Assembly (NCBI GenBank): GCA_035620415.1
Contig: DASPGV010000067.1
Span: 1 to 59,035 of the forward strand
Length of the DNA: 59,035 nucleotides
Direction: 5' to 3'
Source of the DNA: Nitrososphaera sp.
Lineage (GTDB): Archaea; Thermoproteota; Nitrososphaeria; Nitrososphaerales; Nitrososphaeraceae
The notes beneath the pieces were generated by a model that searched no databases, was not told where the DNA came from, and saw only the letters and a list, made by a program, of their open reading frames with translations. Below are positions 35,447 through 45,783 of the stretch, piece by piece. The position numbers and the translations under genes were made by a program. How positions within the stretch are numbered: the stretch's first letter is position 1; each line of letters starts with the position of its first letter.

Positions 35447-37246
35447 ATGACACACGTCTCGTCCTTTTATGGCAGGAACGCGATTCCTCTTATCATCATA
35501 GCGGCTTCCGCAGCAGCGCTCTCCGTGATAACCTATTACTATTCCAGCTCTATCGCCGACACCATTTCTGATATTTCCTCAAACGACATAAGATCCAATA
35601 CGGAATCTCAGGTGCACGACCTTTCGCTCATCCTTACAAACGGGCTTGATTCGGCCGCGACTAACCTCCAGATCCTCTCCAACTCACCTTCACTTCTTAA
35701 CGAGGATCAGGACGCCAGAACCCTGTTCAACGTGGCCCAAGAGTCGACGAGCCAGCTGACCTACTCCTACATGTGGCTTGACGACGAGGGAATGATACGG
35801 TGGATAACCACCGAAAATCCCGAAGATCTAATCGGCCTTGACCGGAGCTACAGGGAATACTTTACGGAAACCAAGGCAACCCTCAGGCCCTACTTTAGCG
35901 AAGTAATAATATCTTCAGACGAAGCTCCGCGGCTGTACCTAGCATACCCGGCTGTTGACAGACGCGGCGAAACGGACGAATTCAAGGGAGCGGTGGTGGC
36001 TGCAATAGGGCTCGACACGCTTGGGAACCTGCTGCAGCAGGAATCCACGCCGGACTCGCAGCGCAATAGAGTGCAGCTGGTAGACAACCGCGGGACGATA
36101 CTGTACGCAGGGAATCCTCTGCTGGTAACGAAAAGCATCTACGACGACAGAGAAAACATTCTCTCGTCTGGCCTGATGGACGCGCCGCGTCTTGACGCGT
36201 TGGTGGAAATGCAACAATCGCAATCTGGCTCGCGCACCATAGACTATACAGGCAGCGATGGCCAGAACACTCTGGCTTCAGAACCGGTCATCATTGATGG
36301 CATAAAGATATGGACCGTCCACGTTACGGCTCCGCATACCCTGATCTCGGATGTCCGGGTGCTGTTTGACAAGCAGAACGTCTTCAGCACGCTGATGGTG
36401 ATCGTAATCGGGGTGCTTGCAGTTGGCATAGCATTCCTTATCATAGGTTCCAACAAGAGGCTCGAGCTGATCGTGGACGCAAGAACAACCGAGCTGAGAA
36501 GGGCCAACGAGTCCCTCGGGGAATCCAACGAAAAGCTCGCAGCTCTGAACGAGCAGCTCACCGCTGCCAACGAGCAGCTTCAGGTCCACGACAAGATGCA
36601 GCGCGAGTTCATCGACGTGGCGAGCCACGAGATGAAGACCCCAACGCAGGCCATCCTGCTGCACTCTGACATAGTAAAGAAGAGGCCCCAGAGCGGAGAC
36701 TCTGTGGAAGCCATAATAAGGAACGCAGAAAGGCTGCAGAGGCTGACCAACAACATCCTTGACGTAACCAGGATCGAGAGCCAGACCCTGAAGCTCAACA
36801 AGGAAACGTTCAACTTCAACGACATCGTGTCGGCCCTAGTTGCAGATTATAACGCGCACATAGTTAACAACAACATGAACGTCGACATCGTCTTTGAGCC
36901 GCGGCAGGATGTTATCAGGGTGCACGCCGACAAGGGCAGGCTGACTCAGGTAGTTTCCAACCTTATTGGAAACGCCGTGGGGTTCACGACAGAAGGGATA
37001 ATCCTGATCAACACGGAAATGAAGGACAGCCAGCTGCTTGTCAGCGTGGCCGACAGCGGCCCGGGCATAGACCCGGAAATAATGCCAAGGCTGTTCACGA
37101 AATTCACGACGAAATCAGAGAAGGGCACCGGCCTCGGGCTCTTCATCTCAAAGAGCATCGTGGAGGCGCACGGCGGCAGGATATGGGCCGAAAGCAACAA
37201 AAATGGCGCCACGTTCACGTTTACGCTGCCTGCAGAGCGGGGCTAG
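35447..37246 (+). CDS. Membrane sensor histidine kinase with extracellular Cache domain
   Basis: Two TMs, DRSYREYF Cache motif, H-box SHEMKTP, NLIGNA, DSGPG, GTGLGL. Confidence 0.95.
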   Translation: MTHVSSFYGRNAIPLIIIAASAAALSVITYYYSSSIADTISDISSNDIRSNTESQVHDLSLILTNGLDSAATNLQILSNSPSLLNEDQDARTLFNVAQESTSQLTYSYMWLDDEGMIRWITTENPEDLIGLDRSYREYFTETKATLRPYFSEVIISSDEAPRLYLAYPAVDRRGETDEFKGAVVAAIGLDTLGNLLQQESTPDSQRNRVQLVDNRGTILYAGNPLLVTKSIYDDRENILSSGLMDAPRLDALVEMQQSQSGSRTIDYTGSDGQNTLASEPVIIDGIKIWTVHVTAPHTLISDVRVLFDKQNVFSTLMVIVIGVLAVGIAFLIIGSNKRLELIVDARTTELRRANESLGESNEKLAALNEQLTAANEQLQVHDKMQREFIDVASHEMKTPTQAILLHSDIVKKRPQSGDSVEAIIRNAERLQRLTNNILDVTRIESQTLKLNKETFNFNDIVSALVADYNAHIVNNNMNVDIVFEPRQDVIRVHADKGRLTQVVSNLIGNAVGFTTEGIILINTEMKDSQLLVSVADSGPGIDPEIMPRLFTKFTTKSEKGTGLGLFISKSIVEAHGGRIWAESNKNGATFTFTLPAERG

Positions 37247-37620
37247 TGCGCGCTGGCGGCGTAATCCAGCTCTTCCTCCAAAAGCCTGGCAAGCTCGTCT
37301 GCCGAGAAAGGCTTTTTGAGAAAGCCAGTCACCTTCATGGTCGGGAAGATCTTCTTGAACTCTGAAAGCCGGATCTCAAAGGCCGTGATGAAGCAAAAAA
37401 TAACTTCCGGGTCGATACAGTACATCTCCTTGTACAGCTCAAAGCCGTTCATCTTGGGCATCTTGACGTCTATGAGGGCCACGTCATAAACGCCCTGCCG
37501 GAAACTCGAAAGCGCCTGCAAGGGATCGTTGAACGTGTTGACGTGGAACCGATCGCCAAGGCAGCCCATGATTCCAGAGGTTATGTCCGGCTCGTCGTCA
37601 ACCACTATTATGCGTCTCAT
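37243..37620 (-). CDS. Stand-alone receiver-domain protein
   Basis: IIVVDDE, IDVKMPKMNG, FITA, KKP. Confidence 0.9.
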   Translation of the reverse strand: MRRIIVVDDEPDITSGIMGCLGDRFHVNTFNDPLQALSSFRQGVYDVALIDVKMPKMNGFELYKEMYCIDPEVIFCFITAFEIRLSEFKKIFPTMKVTGFLKKPFSADELARLLEEELDYAASAH

Positions 37621-37733
37621 GCGATGCAATCAGGCGGCCGCGTGATAAAAGGCTGCTCGAGCGCGGATGGTGAATGTTTTTGTGGAATGAAAATTGGGAG
37701 AAAGACTCTGACAAGCTTATTAGCCGCTAGCCA

Positions 37734-38027
37734 TTGCTTTTGCCTGTGAAACCAAGGTACCGAAACGCGGTAATGATAATCGGGGATGTGCTCAACATCG
37801 CCGCAGAATCCGGGGGCGGGATCAACCACACGTCACTGCTCAGAAAGGCCAACCTTTCCCACGCCAACCTGCGCAGGACCATGGCGAGACTGGCAGGAGC
37901 GGAGCTTATCACCGAGCAGCTTGCCGGCGGCCAGCACGTTTACTCCTTAACGGCCAAGGGGAGGGAGTACCTGGACAGGTACAGGCAGTTCGCGGGGATC
38001 TCGGGCGCGTTCGGGCTGCAGTTATGA
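37734..38027 (+). CDS. Archaeal winged-helix transcription regulator
   Basis: YRN...II.D.L, T.L.RKANLS, Y.LT.KG.EYL. Confidence 0.88.
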   Translation: MLLPVKPRYRNAVMIIGDVLNIAAESGGGINHTSLLRKANLSHANLRRTMARLAGAELITEQLAGGQHVYSLTAKGREYLDRYRQFAGISGAFGLQL

Positions 38028-38159
38028 CGGTTTGTCCGGGTCTTTGATGTCGTCCAGATGCTCGTACTGGATGTGGATCGCAAGGGTCTCTTCAGTTTCA
38101 AACTCTTTGCCGCAGAACTGACAGACATCAAATCCAAGCTTCTTCGGGGTTGCTCCCAT
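38022..38159 (-). CDS. Small classical C2H2 Zn-finger protein (45 aa), not in ORF track
   Basis: MGATPKKLGFDVCQFCGKEFETEETLAIHIQYEHLDDIKDPDKPS. Confidence 0.85.
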   Translation of the reverse strand: MGATPKKLGFDVCQFCGKEFETEETLAIHIQYEHLDDIKDPDKPS

Positions 38160-38207
38160 AGAAGGATTACGTAGAACATAACGCAGACCTAGCATAAAAG
38201 GGACGCT

Positions 38208-38411
38208 CTACTCTTTTTCCCGCCTGCCGCCCACCCTGTCGGACAGCACGAGGTACCCGAGCATGGCGAGGATCACACCGGCCATCGAATAGAATATTGG
38301 AGAGATGATCTGGGCCTCTACAATGGCAATTGCACTAAATATTATAGAGACAGCCAGCAGCCCAGCGACATCAGAGTCTACTATGCAACCCCTCCGCCCT
38401 TTATTGCGCAC
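38208..38411 (-). CDS. Small two-TM membrane protein
   Basis: Two hydrophobic helices, basic tail; start uncertain. Confidence 0.55.
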   Translation of the reverse strand: MRNKGRRGCIVDSDVAGLLAVSIIFSAIAIVEAQIISPIFYSMAGVILAMLGYLVLSDRVGGRREKE

Positions 38412-38480
38412 GCTGTTTTATAAGGAACTCTTCAGCGGCGACACCAAAAGTACTAATTGGAGGCGCACCTACCTATCGCA

Positions 38481-38696
38481 ATGGAAGAATGCGCTCTGTG
38501 CCACGTAATGATACACCCCAATTTTGCGGGCCACCACAAGTGCGGCCACGCCAACTGCCCTGTCTGCAAGGAAGCGGTAACCAATACGGAGTACTGGGGC
38601 CACGTCAGGTCGCACCCCGGGCACGAAAACGACGCGCCGCCGCCAAGGAAGACTTTTCCGCAGCAGAACCCCGGAAGGTTCCGACAAAATAGATAA
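38481..38696 (+). CDS. Small double Zn-finger protein
   Basis: CALC...HHKC and CPVC...YWGHVRSH. Confidence 0.75.
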   Translation: MEECALCHVMIHPNFAGHHKCGHANCPVCKEAVTNTEYWGHVRSHPGHENDAPPPRKTFPQQNPGRFRQNR

Positions 38697-38747
38697 GAAA
38701 AAACGTGTGGTACTTTCCCATCCGGCAGTTGCCACATTTGGATTTGT

Positions 38748-38993
38748 TTATTGCTGCACTAGTTCTGCTGTAGCAAATCTGGCACCGACGTTGGTGACCC
38801 TGATCTTGCTTGTCTGGCCAACTTTACCGCCCTTTACAAAGATTACAAATCCCTGTACCCTGGCAATGCCGTCGCCCTGTCTGCTCGTCTCAGTAATCTG
38901 GACGTCGTATTCTTTTCCTACTTCGACTGGTTTTGGGCCAAAGCTGCCACCAAAGCGGCCGCCTCCGCCAAAACGTCTTTCACCGTATGACAT
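38748..38993 (-). CDS. Single TRAM-domain RNA chaperone
   Basis: PKPVEVGKEYDV.I.E.SRQGDGIARVQGFVIFV; Gly/Arg/Phe-rich N-terminus. Confidence 0.93.
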   Translation of the reverse strand: MSYGERRFGGGGRFGGSFGPKPVEVGKEYDVQITETSRQGDGIARVQGFVIFVKGGKVGQTSKIRVTNVGARFATAELVQQ

Positions 38994-39039
38994 TAGTCAG
39001 TGACCAGCTGATTCGCCAGTAATATAAACGATGGATAGC

Positions 39040-39264
39040 TCACTTTTTGCCGTCAAGCCTCAGCCGGTAGCGCCGCAGGATCTCCCTGTCGATCTCCTCG
39101 TGCTTTATCTGCTCGCCCCGCCTGCCCGGTGTCTTCATCGCCTGCTGCTTCACCTTCTTCCTCTCCTCGTCAAGCTCGTCCCTGACGCGGTCCTGCCTCT
39201 TCCTCCGAAGCTCCAGCGCATAGCTCTCGCGGAAGAAGCTCTCTTCCGGAGTGTCCTCCACCAT
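39040..39264 (-). CDS. Small charged hypothetical protein
   Basis: Clean ORF with TATA-like sequence upstream. Confidence 0.75.
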   Translation of the reverse strand: MVEDTPEESFFRESYALELRRKRQDRVRDELDEERKKVKQQAMKTPGRRGEQIKHEEIDREILRRYRLRLDGKK

Positions 39265-39347
39265 GTCCTATAATATGACGCACAATTATTTATCTCATTC
39301 CACCAAGATCTCTGCGAGCGGTGCAGGTGATCTAGGCAACAAGACTT

Positions 39348-39788
39348 TTGGGCAAGTATGCTGAAAAGATCATTCAGATGGGCAGGTGGGACGACGAAGA
39401 AAAGGGGTACGACCGGTACCGGCAGGGCGGGGGCAAAAGGTGGATCAGCGCTCGCGGCATCCGCCGGATAATATTCATAGGCTTTGCGGTCCTAGGCATC
39501 TTTCTGATCTCGTTCTTTGCGTCGAGGGCCGGCCTCCACGTGGCCCTGCACGAAAGGGGCGAGGCGATCGGGACGGTGCAGGTGATAACCGCCCAGATCA
39601 GCAACAACAGCTTTGACACGCTGCAGAACGTGACGGTGCAGTTTGGCGACAACAACCCCGTGCAGCAGGTAGGGGACATGGGGCCGTTCTCCGGCGTCCT
39701 GGTGTCGCCGGAAGGCGACGACTACCAGTTTGACAGGGTGACCGTCACCGCCAACGACGGCGCGATAAGTGTCGTCAAGTACCGCTAA
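39348..39788 (+). CDS. Single-TM protein with C-terminal beta-sandwich domain
   Basis: One TM followed by beta-rich domain. Confidence 0.75.
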   Translation: MGKYAEKIIQMGRWDDEEKGYDRYRQGGGKRWISARGIRRIIFIGFAVLGIFLISFFASRAGLHVALHERGEAIGTVQVITAQISNNSFDTLQNVTVQFGDNNPVQQVGDMGPFSGVLVSPEGDDYQFDRVTVTANDGAISVVKYR

Positions 39789-39851
39789 CCTGAATCTTTC
39801 CTATTTATGCACGCAGATCGGAGGATGCTATAACAATGTTAAATATCCCCA

Positions 39852-40892
39852 ATGGCAATATACCACATGGAAGAGATCTTCCGGTCGCTTTTTCAGCAGG
39901 TATCACTTGGGCTTGGAGAAACAATTGGAATAGCGATCGTGGCGATCATCATTATTGTCGCCATAGCGTCTGCCATCCGGATCATAAGGGAGTATGAAAG
40001 GGCGGTTGTGTTCAGGCTCGGCCGGCTCATTGGAGCAAAAGGTCCGGGGCTAATTATACTCATCCCCTTCATTGACAGGGCCATCAAGGTGGATCTCAGG
40101 GTAATCACGCTTGATGTTCCAAAACAAAAGATAATCACCCTTGATAACGTTACAGTGGACGTTGACGCCGTGGTCTACCTGCGGGTAAACGAGCCCAACA
40201 ACGCCGTCGTCAAAGTAAATGATTACGGGCTTGCGTCAAGCATGCTAGCCCAGACCACCCTCAGGGACCTTATCGGCCAGACCAGCTTCGACGACCTCCT
40301 TTCCAAGCGGGAAGAGATCAACAAGCGGATGCAGGAAATTCTGGACATCGCGACGGACCCGTGGGGCGTCAAGGTGAGCTCCGTGGCGATAAGGGACGTT
40401 TCGCTGCCTGAAAATATGCACAGGGCAATAGCAAAACAGGCCGAGGCCGAGAGGGAAAAGAGGGGCAGGATCATAATTGCAGAAGGAGAGCTCACCGCGG
40501 CAGAGAAGATGGCCCAGGCAGCTGACCACTATACCAAGAACATGGCCGCCATGCGGCTGCGCGAGCTCCAGACCTGGACCGAAATAGCCAGAGAAAGGAA
40601 CATGATAGTTGTAACAAGCGGCACCGGAGATCATACCGACCTTGGCTCCCTGCTCGGCATAATCAAAGAGAGGACGCCGGTCTCGCAGCAGTTTGACGAG
40701 AAGAGAACGAGGGAACTCGTAAGGCAGGAGCTGGCAATTTTGTTTAGCGACAGGGACGAGCTTGAGAGACTGGCGAGAGGAAAGGGAAGGAGGGCGCAGC
40801 AGCGCCGTGGAGAACAGCCGCTGCCGGAAGATCAAGAATCGGAGAGAAATGAGACGGGTGGCGGCAGAATGCCGGAAAATGAAGAACTGTAG
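39852..40892 (+). CDS. SPFH/band-7 stomatin (slipin) protein
   Basis: EYERAVVFRLGR, GPGL, VDLR, AQTTLR, QAEAERE. Confidence 0.95.
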   Translation: MAIYHMEEIFRSLFQQVSLGLGETIGIAIVAIIIIVAIASAIRIIREYERAVVFRLGRLIGAKGPGLIILIPFIDRAIKVDLRVITLDVPKQKIITLDNVTVDVDAVVYLRVNEPNNAVVKVNDYGLASSMLAQTTLRDLIGQTSFDDLLSKREEINKRMQEILDIATDPWGVKVSSVAIRDVSLPENMHRAIAKQAEAEREKRGRIIIAEGELTAAEKMAQAADHYTKNMAAMRLRELQTWTEIARERNMIVVTSGTGDHTDLGSLLGIIKERTPVSQQFDEKRTRELVRQELAILFSDRDELERLARGKGRRAQQRRGEQPLPEDQESERNETGGGRMPENEEL

Positions 40893-40906
40893 CTAAAGGA
40901 ATCATC

Positions 40907-42274
40907 TTGACATTTATCACTTTTGTCGTCATTATGTTGGCACTTGTCCCTGCTGTTCAACTGCCTTGGTTGCTTTCTGACAGTGATTCCTCCTTGCGCG
41001 CCACGGCAGCATACGCGCAAAACGGTCGGGCGGCAAGCGCCGAACGAAATGTCCTCTGGGTGGATGTCAACGACATCATATCATCTGCTACCGCAGAGCA
41101 CGTCAAGTCTGCCGTAGAGCGCGCTTCTGCCAACCCGGAATTCTCCGCTATCGTCTTGGCGCTCGATACCCCCGGCGGCGCCCTTGACGCGACACTGGAC
41201 ATAATCACAAGCGTACAGGAATCTGAAGTGCCGGTCATTGGATACGTGTACCCTCAGGGCAGGAGCGCGTGGTCCGCCGGAACGATAATCCTTATTGGAA
41301 CCGACTATGCCGCCATGGCACCCTTCACCACTATAGGCTCTGCCCAGCCCGTGTTGGGCAATATGCCGGTAAACGATACCAAGGTCATCAACGCGGTGAC
41401 AGAAAAGGCAGTTTCTCTGGCCGAGCTGCATGGCAGGAACGCGACCCAGGCTACAAGATTCATAACGCACAACGACAACCTGACGCCGGAAAAGGCGCTG
41501 AACAACAACGTCATCGAGGCGATAGCAAGGGACCCGGACGAACTCCTCCAAAAGGCCCACAACGCCACTGTTGCCACGCTGGAAGGCCCGAGGGTCCTCG
41601 ACACCCTTGGTGCAAGCATCATAATCCACGAGCCGAGCTTGAGGGTTTCACTTGTCAACGTGCTGGCAAATCCCGTACTTTCCACGACGCTGCTCACCAT
41701 CGGGTTCTTTGCACTTATTTACGGCCTGACATCTCCGGGCTTTGGAGGGGAGATAGCCGGCGCCGCGATGATAATCCTTGCACTGGTGGGGCAGGGTTTT
41801 GACGTGAACTGGGCGGCCTTTGCGCTGCTTGCAATAGGAGTCGGGCTTGTCGCTTACGAGCTGTACAGCCCCGGCTTTGGGGCCATAGGCGTTGGAGGGA
41901 TAATCGTTCTCATCATAGGCTCGACGCTCATGATCACCCAGCCGGTCAGGCCCACCCTGATCAGCGAGGAACACATCGGGAACCTTGCCGTCCTGTCCAC
42001 AGTCATCGTGGCCCCATTTGCCGGATTTTTTGGCTTCATAACGTACAAGGCGTGGAAGGCAAAAACGAGAAAGCCCCTGCAGTTCGCCCTACCCGACGAG
42101 GTCGGAACCGCCCTAGACCCGATATCCGACGTCAGGCCGGGCTTTGTGCTGGTGGGCGGGGAATACTGGAGAGCCAAGACCCGCGGGGGAGAAATCAAGA
42201 AAGGCGATAAAATAAAGATAATAGGCAAAGAGGCGGACATGCTGGTGGTCGAGCCACTGCCGGAAGGCAAGTGA
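40907..42274 (+). CDS. nfeD: NfeD membrane serine protease (stomatin operon partner)
   Basis: LDTPGG, AWSAG, IGSAQP, TM domain, C-terminal OB fold GEYW.A. Confidence 0.93.
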   Translation: MTFITFVVIMLALVPAVQLPWLLSDSDSSLRATAAYAQNGRAASAERNVLWVDVNDIISSATAEHVKSAVERASANPEFSAIVLALDTPGGALDATLDIITSVQESEVPVIGYVYPQGRSAWSAGTIILIGTDYAAMAPFTTIGSAQPVLGNMPVNDTKVINAVTEKAVSLAELHGRNATQATRFITHNDNLTPEKALNNNVIEAIARDPDELLQKAHNATVATLEGPRVLDTLGASIIIHEPSLRVSLVNVLANPVLSTTLLTIGFFALIYGLTSPGFGGEIAGAAMIILALVGQGFDVNWAAFALLAIGVGLVAYELYSPGFGAIGVGGIIVLIIGSTLMITQPVRPTLISEEHIGNLAVLSTVIVAPFAGFFGFITYKAWKAKTRKPLQFALPDEVGTALDPISDVRPGFVLVGGEYWRAKTRGGEIKKGDKIKIIGKEADMLVVEPLPEGK

Positions 42275-42327
42275 GCAGATCAAATCGATTGAAAGCATTC
42301 AACAGTACGGTAGCAAAAGGCTAGAGG

Positions 42328-42912
42328 TCAGCTAATGTTACCATTCACCGGCTTTTGCCTCGATCTAATGGCAAACCATACTGCCAGCCCAAACACGGGT
42401 AGCGATATGATTGTGAGCCACTGACCCATTGCTTCAAGGGGATGGTTGGGAACTTTGGTAACATCAGGAACGTCAAGTTCTATTCTCATTACATTTTCAG
42501 CATGGTTGTTAGACACGTCGACTTTGAAGGTGCCGGGAGGATCGACCGCGATGCTTTCACCATCTGACAGCGACGCGATGTTGTCATAACTTCTGACGAC
42601 TTTTCCCTGCGGGTCATGGATTCTGATCGAGATTACGGGCTGTATCTCAGGTTGAGCTGGGTCGTAAGGGGCATCTGGAATTGTCTGAGGCCAGATACCA
42701 ACCCTTATCTCATCTACCTCCTCGTTCACTACAAACATCTTCGTGGTAGAATTGCCGGGCTGCAGAGCAAAGTTGATCCCAACTATCTGTTCGTTCCTCC
42801 TGTATTCATAGGTAGAAGTGGGGGTGTACCATAGCGCCCACAATCCTGAAAGTAGGATCACCGAAGCAAATGTCAATGTAATAGCTCCTTTCGTCTGGCT
42901 TGATGACTTCAT
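42328..42912 (-). CDS. Membrane-anchored hypothetical protein
   Basis: N- and C-terminal TM helices around a beta-rich domain; start probably MKSSSQ. Confidence 0.7.
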   Translation of the reverse strand: MKSSSQTKGAITLTFASVILLSGLWALWYTPTSTYEYRRNEQIVGINFALQPGNSTTKMFVVNEEVDEIRVGIWPQTIPDAPYDPAQPEIQPVISIRIHDPQGKVVRSYDNIASLSDGESIAVDPPGTFKVDVSNNHAENVMRIELDVPDVTKVPNHPLEAMGQWLTIISLPVFGLAVWFAIRSRQKPVNGNIS

Positions 42913-42980
42913 GATACGAATAATGAAAAACGCGTATTTTCGATTGGCGCTAGTACGCGCCCGTTCTGGCACTAGAACAG

Positions 42981-43091
42981 CTACAAGTCTTTCGGCTTTT
43001 CTTCGTGCCCGCACCGCTCGCACCGGTAGATCTTGAAACCGACATGCACCATCCTGCCGCCGCACCGGATGCAGACATCATCTTCAGACAA
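42981..43091 (-). CDS. Small Zn-ribbon protein (about 36 aa)
   Basis: CIRCGGRM......YRCERCGHEE; probable TTG start. Confidence 0.7.
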   Translation of the reverse strand: MSEDDVCIRCGGRMVHVGFKIYRCERCGHEEKPKDL

Positions 43092-43183
43092 TTCATCTAG
43101 TATCGATCTTGCTGTATTTATGAGATGCCATTCCGCGATTGCCCCACATTTAATATAGGGAATTCCACGCAACTAGCATCCAG

Positions 43184-44602
43184 ATGACTTCTATCACGGT
43201 TGCCAAGTTCGGCGGCAGCGCCCTCGGGGTAGAGGGGAGCATGATCCCCAAGATTATCGACAGGATAAAGCAGCTGCAGGAGGAGTCAAAGGTAGTGACC
43301 GTCTTCTCGGCTCCCCTGATAGAGTACAACGGCAGGGTCAGCTCCATGACCGACGTGGCGATACAGGTGGGCCGCAGCTACGCCGCTTCAACGCCGGTCG
43401 AGATAGAAGTGCTTAGAGAAATCTACGAGAGGATAGCGGGTAAGCACGTGAAGGAGGGCAAGCAGGAATTCCTCGACAGCCTTGACAAGTTCTACCGGCA
43501 GGTGATAATTTCGTTAAAGCAGGCGGCTGAGAACAAGCGCTTTGTCGACGTGATACGATCGCGCACGCTTGCTTACAGCGGCGAAGTGGCGATGTCGTAC
43601 CTGATGGACTATGTCATGCAGGGCGCGGGGATAAAGTCGTCGCACGTGTCGATAGAAAAGTGGCCGATAATCACCGACGACAACTTTGAAGCGGCAAACT
43701 TTATGCTGCAAGAGTCAAAGGAACGCGTCGACCACCTGATAGATCTTGTGGAGCACAGCGAGGTCGTGTCGATGGGCGGATTCATCGGTAGGACCGTCGA
43801 CGGGCTTGAAACCACGTACGAGCGCGGCGGTTCAGATAGGACAGCAGCGGACCTAGCGATATTGCTCAACGATAGCTACGACGTCAAGATAGACTTTGAA
43901 AAGGACAGCGCGGTGCTGAGCGCGGACCCGAGGATAGTGAAGGACGACTTGGAGTTCATACAATATTTGTCGTACAACGAGGCAAAACTAGCCGGCATGT
44001 TTGGCATGAAGATCCTAGACCCGATTGCGATAAAAGAGATAGACGACAACAACCTCGACATACCGATCGTCATAACGGACATGGAGAAACCCGGCGGAGT
44101 CACCATGATCCAGAGAAAGCCGCCTGCCGACAGCGGCAACCCGATCAAGATAGTGACGGGCAAAAAGAACTGCTCGATGGTGAGGATAGAGAGCGCCGCA
44201 GCGTCGCACCTGGTTGCGTCGCTTGAGCTGGACCGGCAGTACCACGATTTCGTGAAGCTGTCGCCGTACAGGGTGGACGACACAGAGATGACGCGCCTCC
44301 TGTTCCTCGACGCCGACTATGTCAGGCGCCACGAGAGGCACATCCGCGCCTACTACCCAAAGGCCGACATCGTCTACGGCCGCGGAGTTGTAACGCTGAT
44401 AGGCGACGAGATGTGGAAGGTCCCCAAGATAGCGTCGACTGCCAGCAGCACCGTGAGCGAGCACGACATCAACATTTTGAACCTTGACGCGCAGGAAGAG
44501 ACGTCAAGAATTTTGATCGTGGTGGAGGACAAGGGCACGAGCGTCGCCGACGCAGTAAAGGCGATACACTCTACGCGGAAAAAGATCCGGGGAATCAAAT
44601 GA
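43184..44602 (+). CDS. lysC: Aspartate kinase
   Basis: VAKFGGS, SGE, GGFIG, RGGSD.TA, SADPR, C-terminal ACT domain. Confidence 0.93.
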   Translation: MTSITVAKFGGSALGVEGSMIPKIIDRIKQLQEESKVVTVFSAPLIEYNGRVSSMTDVAIQVGRSYAASTPVEIEVLREIYERIAGKHVKEGKQEFLDSLDKFYRQVIISLKQAAENKRFVDVIRSRTLAYSGEVAMSYLMDYVMQGAGIKSSHVSIEKWPIITDDNFEAANFMLQESKERVDHLIDLVEHSEVVSMGGFIGRTVDGLETTYERGGSDRTAADLAILLNDSYDVKIDFEKDSAVLSADPRIVKDDLEFIQYLSYNEAKLAGMFGMKILDPIAIKEIDDNNLDIPIVITDMEKPGGVTMIQRKPPADSGNPIKIVTGKKNCSMVRIESAAASHLVASLELDRQYHDFVKLSPYRVDDTEMTRLLFLDADYVRRHERHIRAYYPKADIVYGRGVVTLIGDEMWKVPKIASTASSTVSEHDINILNLDAQEETSRILIVVEDKGTSVADAVKAIHSTRKKIRGIK

Positions 44603-45516
44603 CAGAGGGCAAGGTTTGGCTAAACGGCGCGCTCGTAGATTACGATAACGCGAAGATCCACGTGCTGACGCACGCGCTGCACTACGCCACAGGCGTCTTT
44701 GAAGGCGTCCGCTGCTACAAGACTATCAACGGCAGCGCGATTTTCCGGCTGGGCGACCACATGCAGCGGCTCATCGACAGCGGCAGGTGCTACTTTATGG
44801 ATCTCGGATATTCAAGGCAGCAGCTGGAAAAGGCTGCAATCGACACCGTCAAGGCGAACAGGATGGAGGAGTGCTACATCCGGCCGATTGCTTATTACGG
44901 GTACGGCAAGATGGGGGTCAACCCAATGCCCAATAAAGTGTCAGTGGCCATCGCGGTGTGGAAGTGGGACGAGTACCTAAAGGCAGACGGGGACAGCAAG
45001 GGGCCTCGCCTCATGGTGTCGTCTTGGACCAGGATCGACCCCAAGTCATTGCCTATGGGTGCCAAGGCTACCGCCAACTATGCCAATTCCGCGCTAGCAA
45101 GGGTGGAGGCGATCAAGGCCGGCTTTGACGAGGCGGTGATGCTCAACTCCTCAGGCATGGTGGTGGAGGCAAGCGCAGAAAACATCTTTACAGTAAAGGA
45201 CGGCGTTCTTGCAACGCCGCCGACCACTTCGGGCGCGCTCGCCGGCGTGACCAGGGACAGCATACTTGCGATAGCAAAGGAAAACGAGATCGAGTGCGAG
45301 GTTCGCAACATATCCCGCGACGAGCTCTACCTCGCCGACGAAGTGTTCCTGACGGGCACCGCGGCGGAGGTCAAGCCGGTGGGCGAAATAGACAACAGAA
45401 CGATAGGCGACGGCAAAGTAGGCAAGACCACAAAGCGGTTGAAGGAGCTGTTCGAGGCGGCGGTTCACGGCAAGGACAAAAAGTTCAGCAAGATGTGGCT
45501 GACTCCGATCAACTAG
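44599..45516 (+). CDS. ilvE: Branched-chain amino acid aminotransferase
   Basis: HALHY..GVFEG.R, YIRP, AKATANY, E...ENIF, L.GVTR, GTAAE. Confidence 0.97.
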   Translation: MTEGKVWLNGALVDYDNAKIHVLTHALHYATGVFEGVRCYKTINGSAIFRLGDHMQRLIDSGRCYFMDLGYSRQQLEKAAIDTVKANRMEECYIRPIAYYGYGKMGVNPMPNKVSVAIAVWKWDEYLKADGDSKGPRLMVSSWTRIDPKSLPMGAKATANYANSALARVEAIKAGFDEAVMLNSSGMVVEASAENIFTVKDGVLATPPTTSGALAGVTRDSILAIAKENEIECEVRNISRDELYLADEVFLTGTAAEVKPVGEIDNRTIGDGKVGKTTKRLKELFEAAVHGKDKKFSKMWLTPIN

Positions 45517-45534
45517 GTAAATGCTCAAAACAAT

Positions 45535-45783
45535 CTAAGTTTGTGGCGGCAACAGGTCGCCTATTATCGTAAAATGTATTGCAAGGTGCACCGGCAGCGC
45601 GCCTACCAGATACCAGCCGGCAGTCCGCGTATTCAACTTCTTTGCAAAATGCATCGCGACAAGCCCCGAGCCAAAAATCCCGGCATGTATCGTGCCGTTG
45701 AGCAATATCGGGTGGTAGTTGTATGCAAAGTAGAGCGCGCTGGCAGCGCCGGCCGCGATTCCAATGAGGAAATAGATCAGCAT
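45535..45783 (-). CDS. Small three-TM membrane protein
   Basis: Hydrophobic ORF overlapping the end of the CinA-like gene. Confidence 0.7.
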   Translation of the reverse strand: MLIYFLIGIAAGAASALYFAYNYHPILLNGTIHAGIFGSGLVAMHFAKKLNTRTAGWYLVGALPVHLAIHFTIIGDLLPPQT

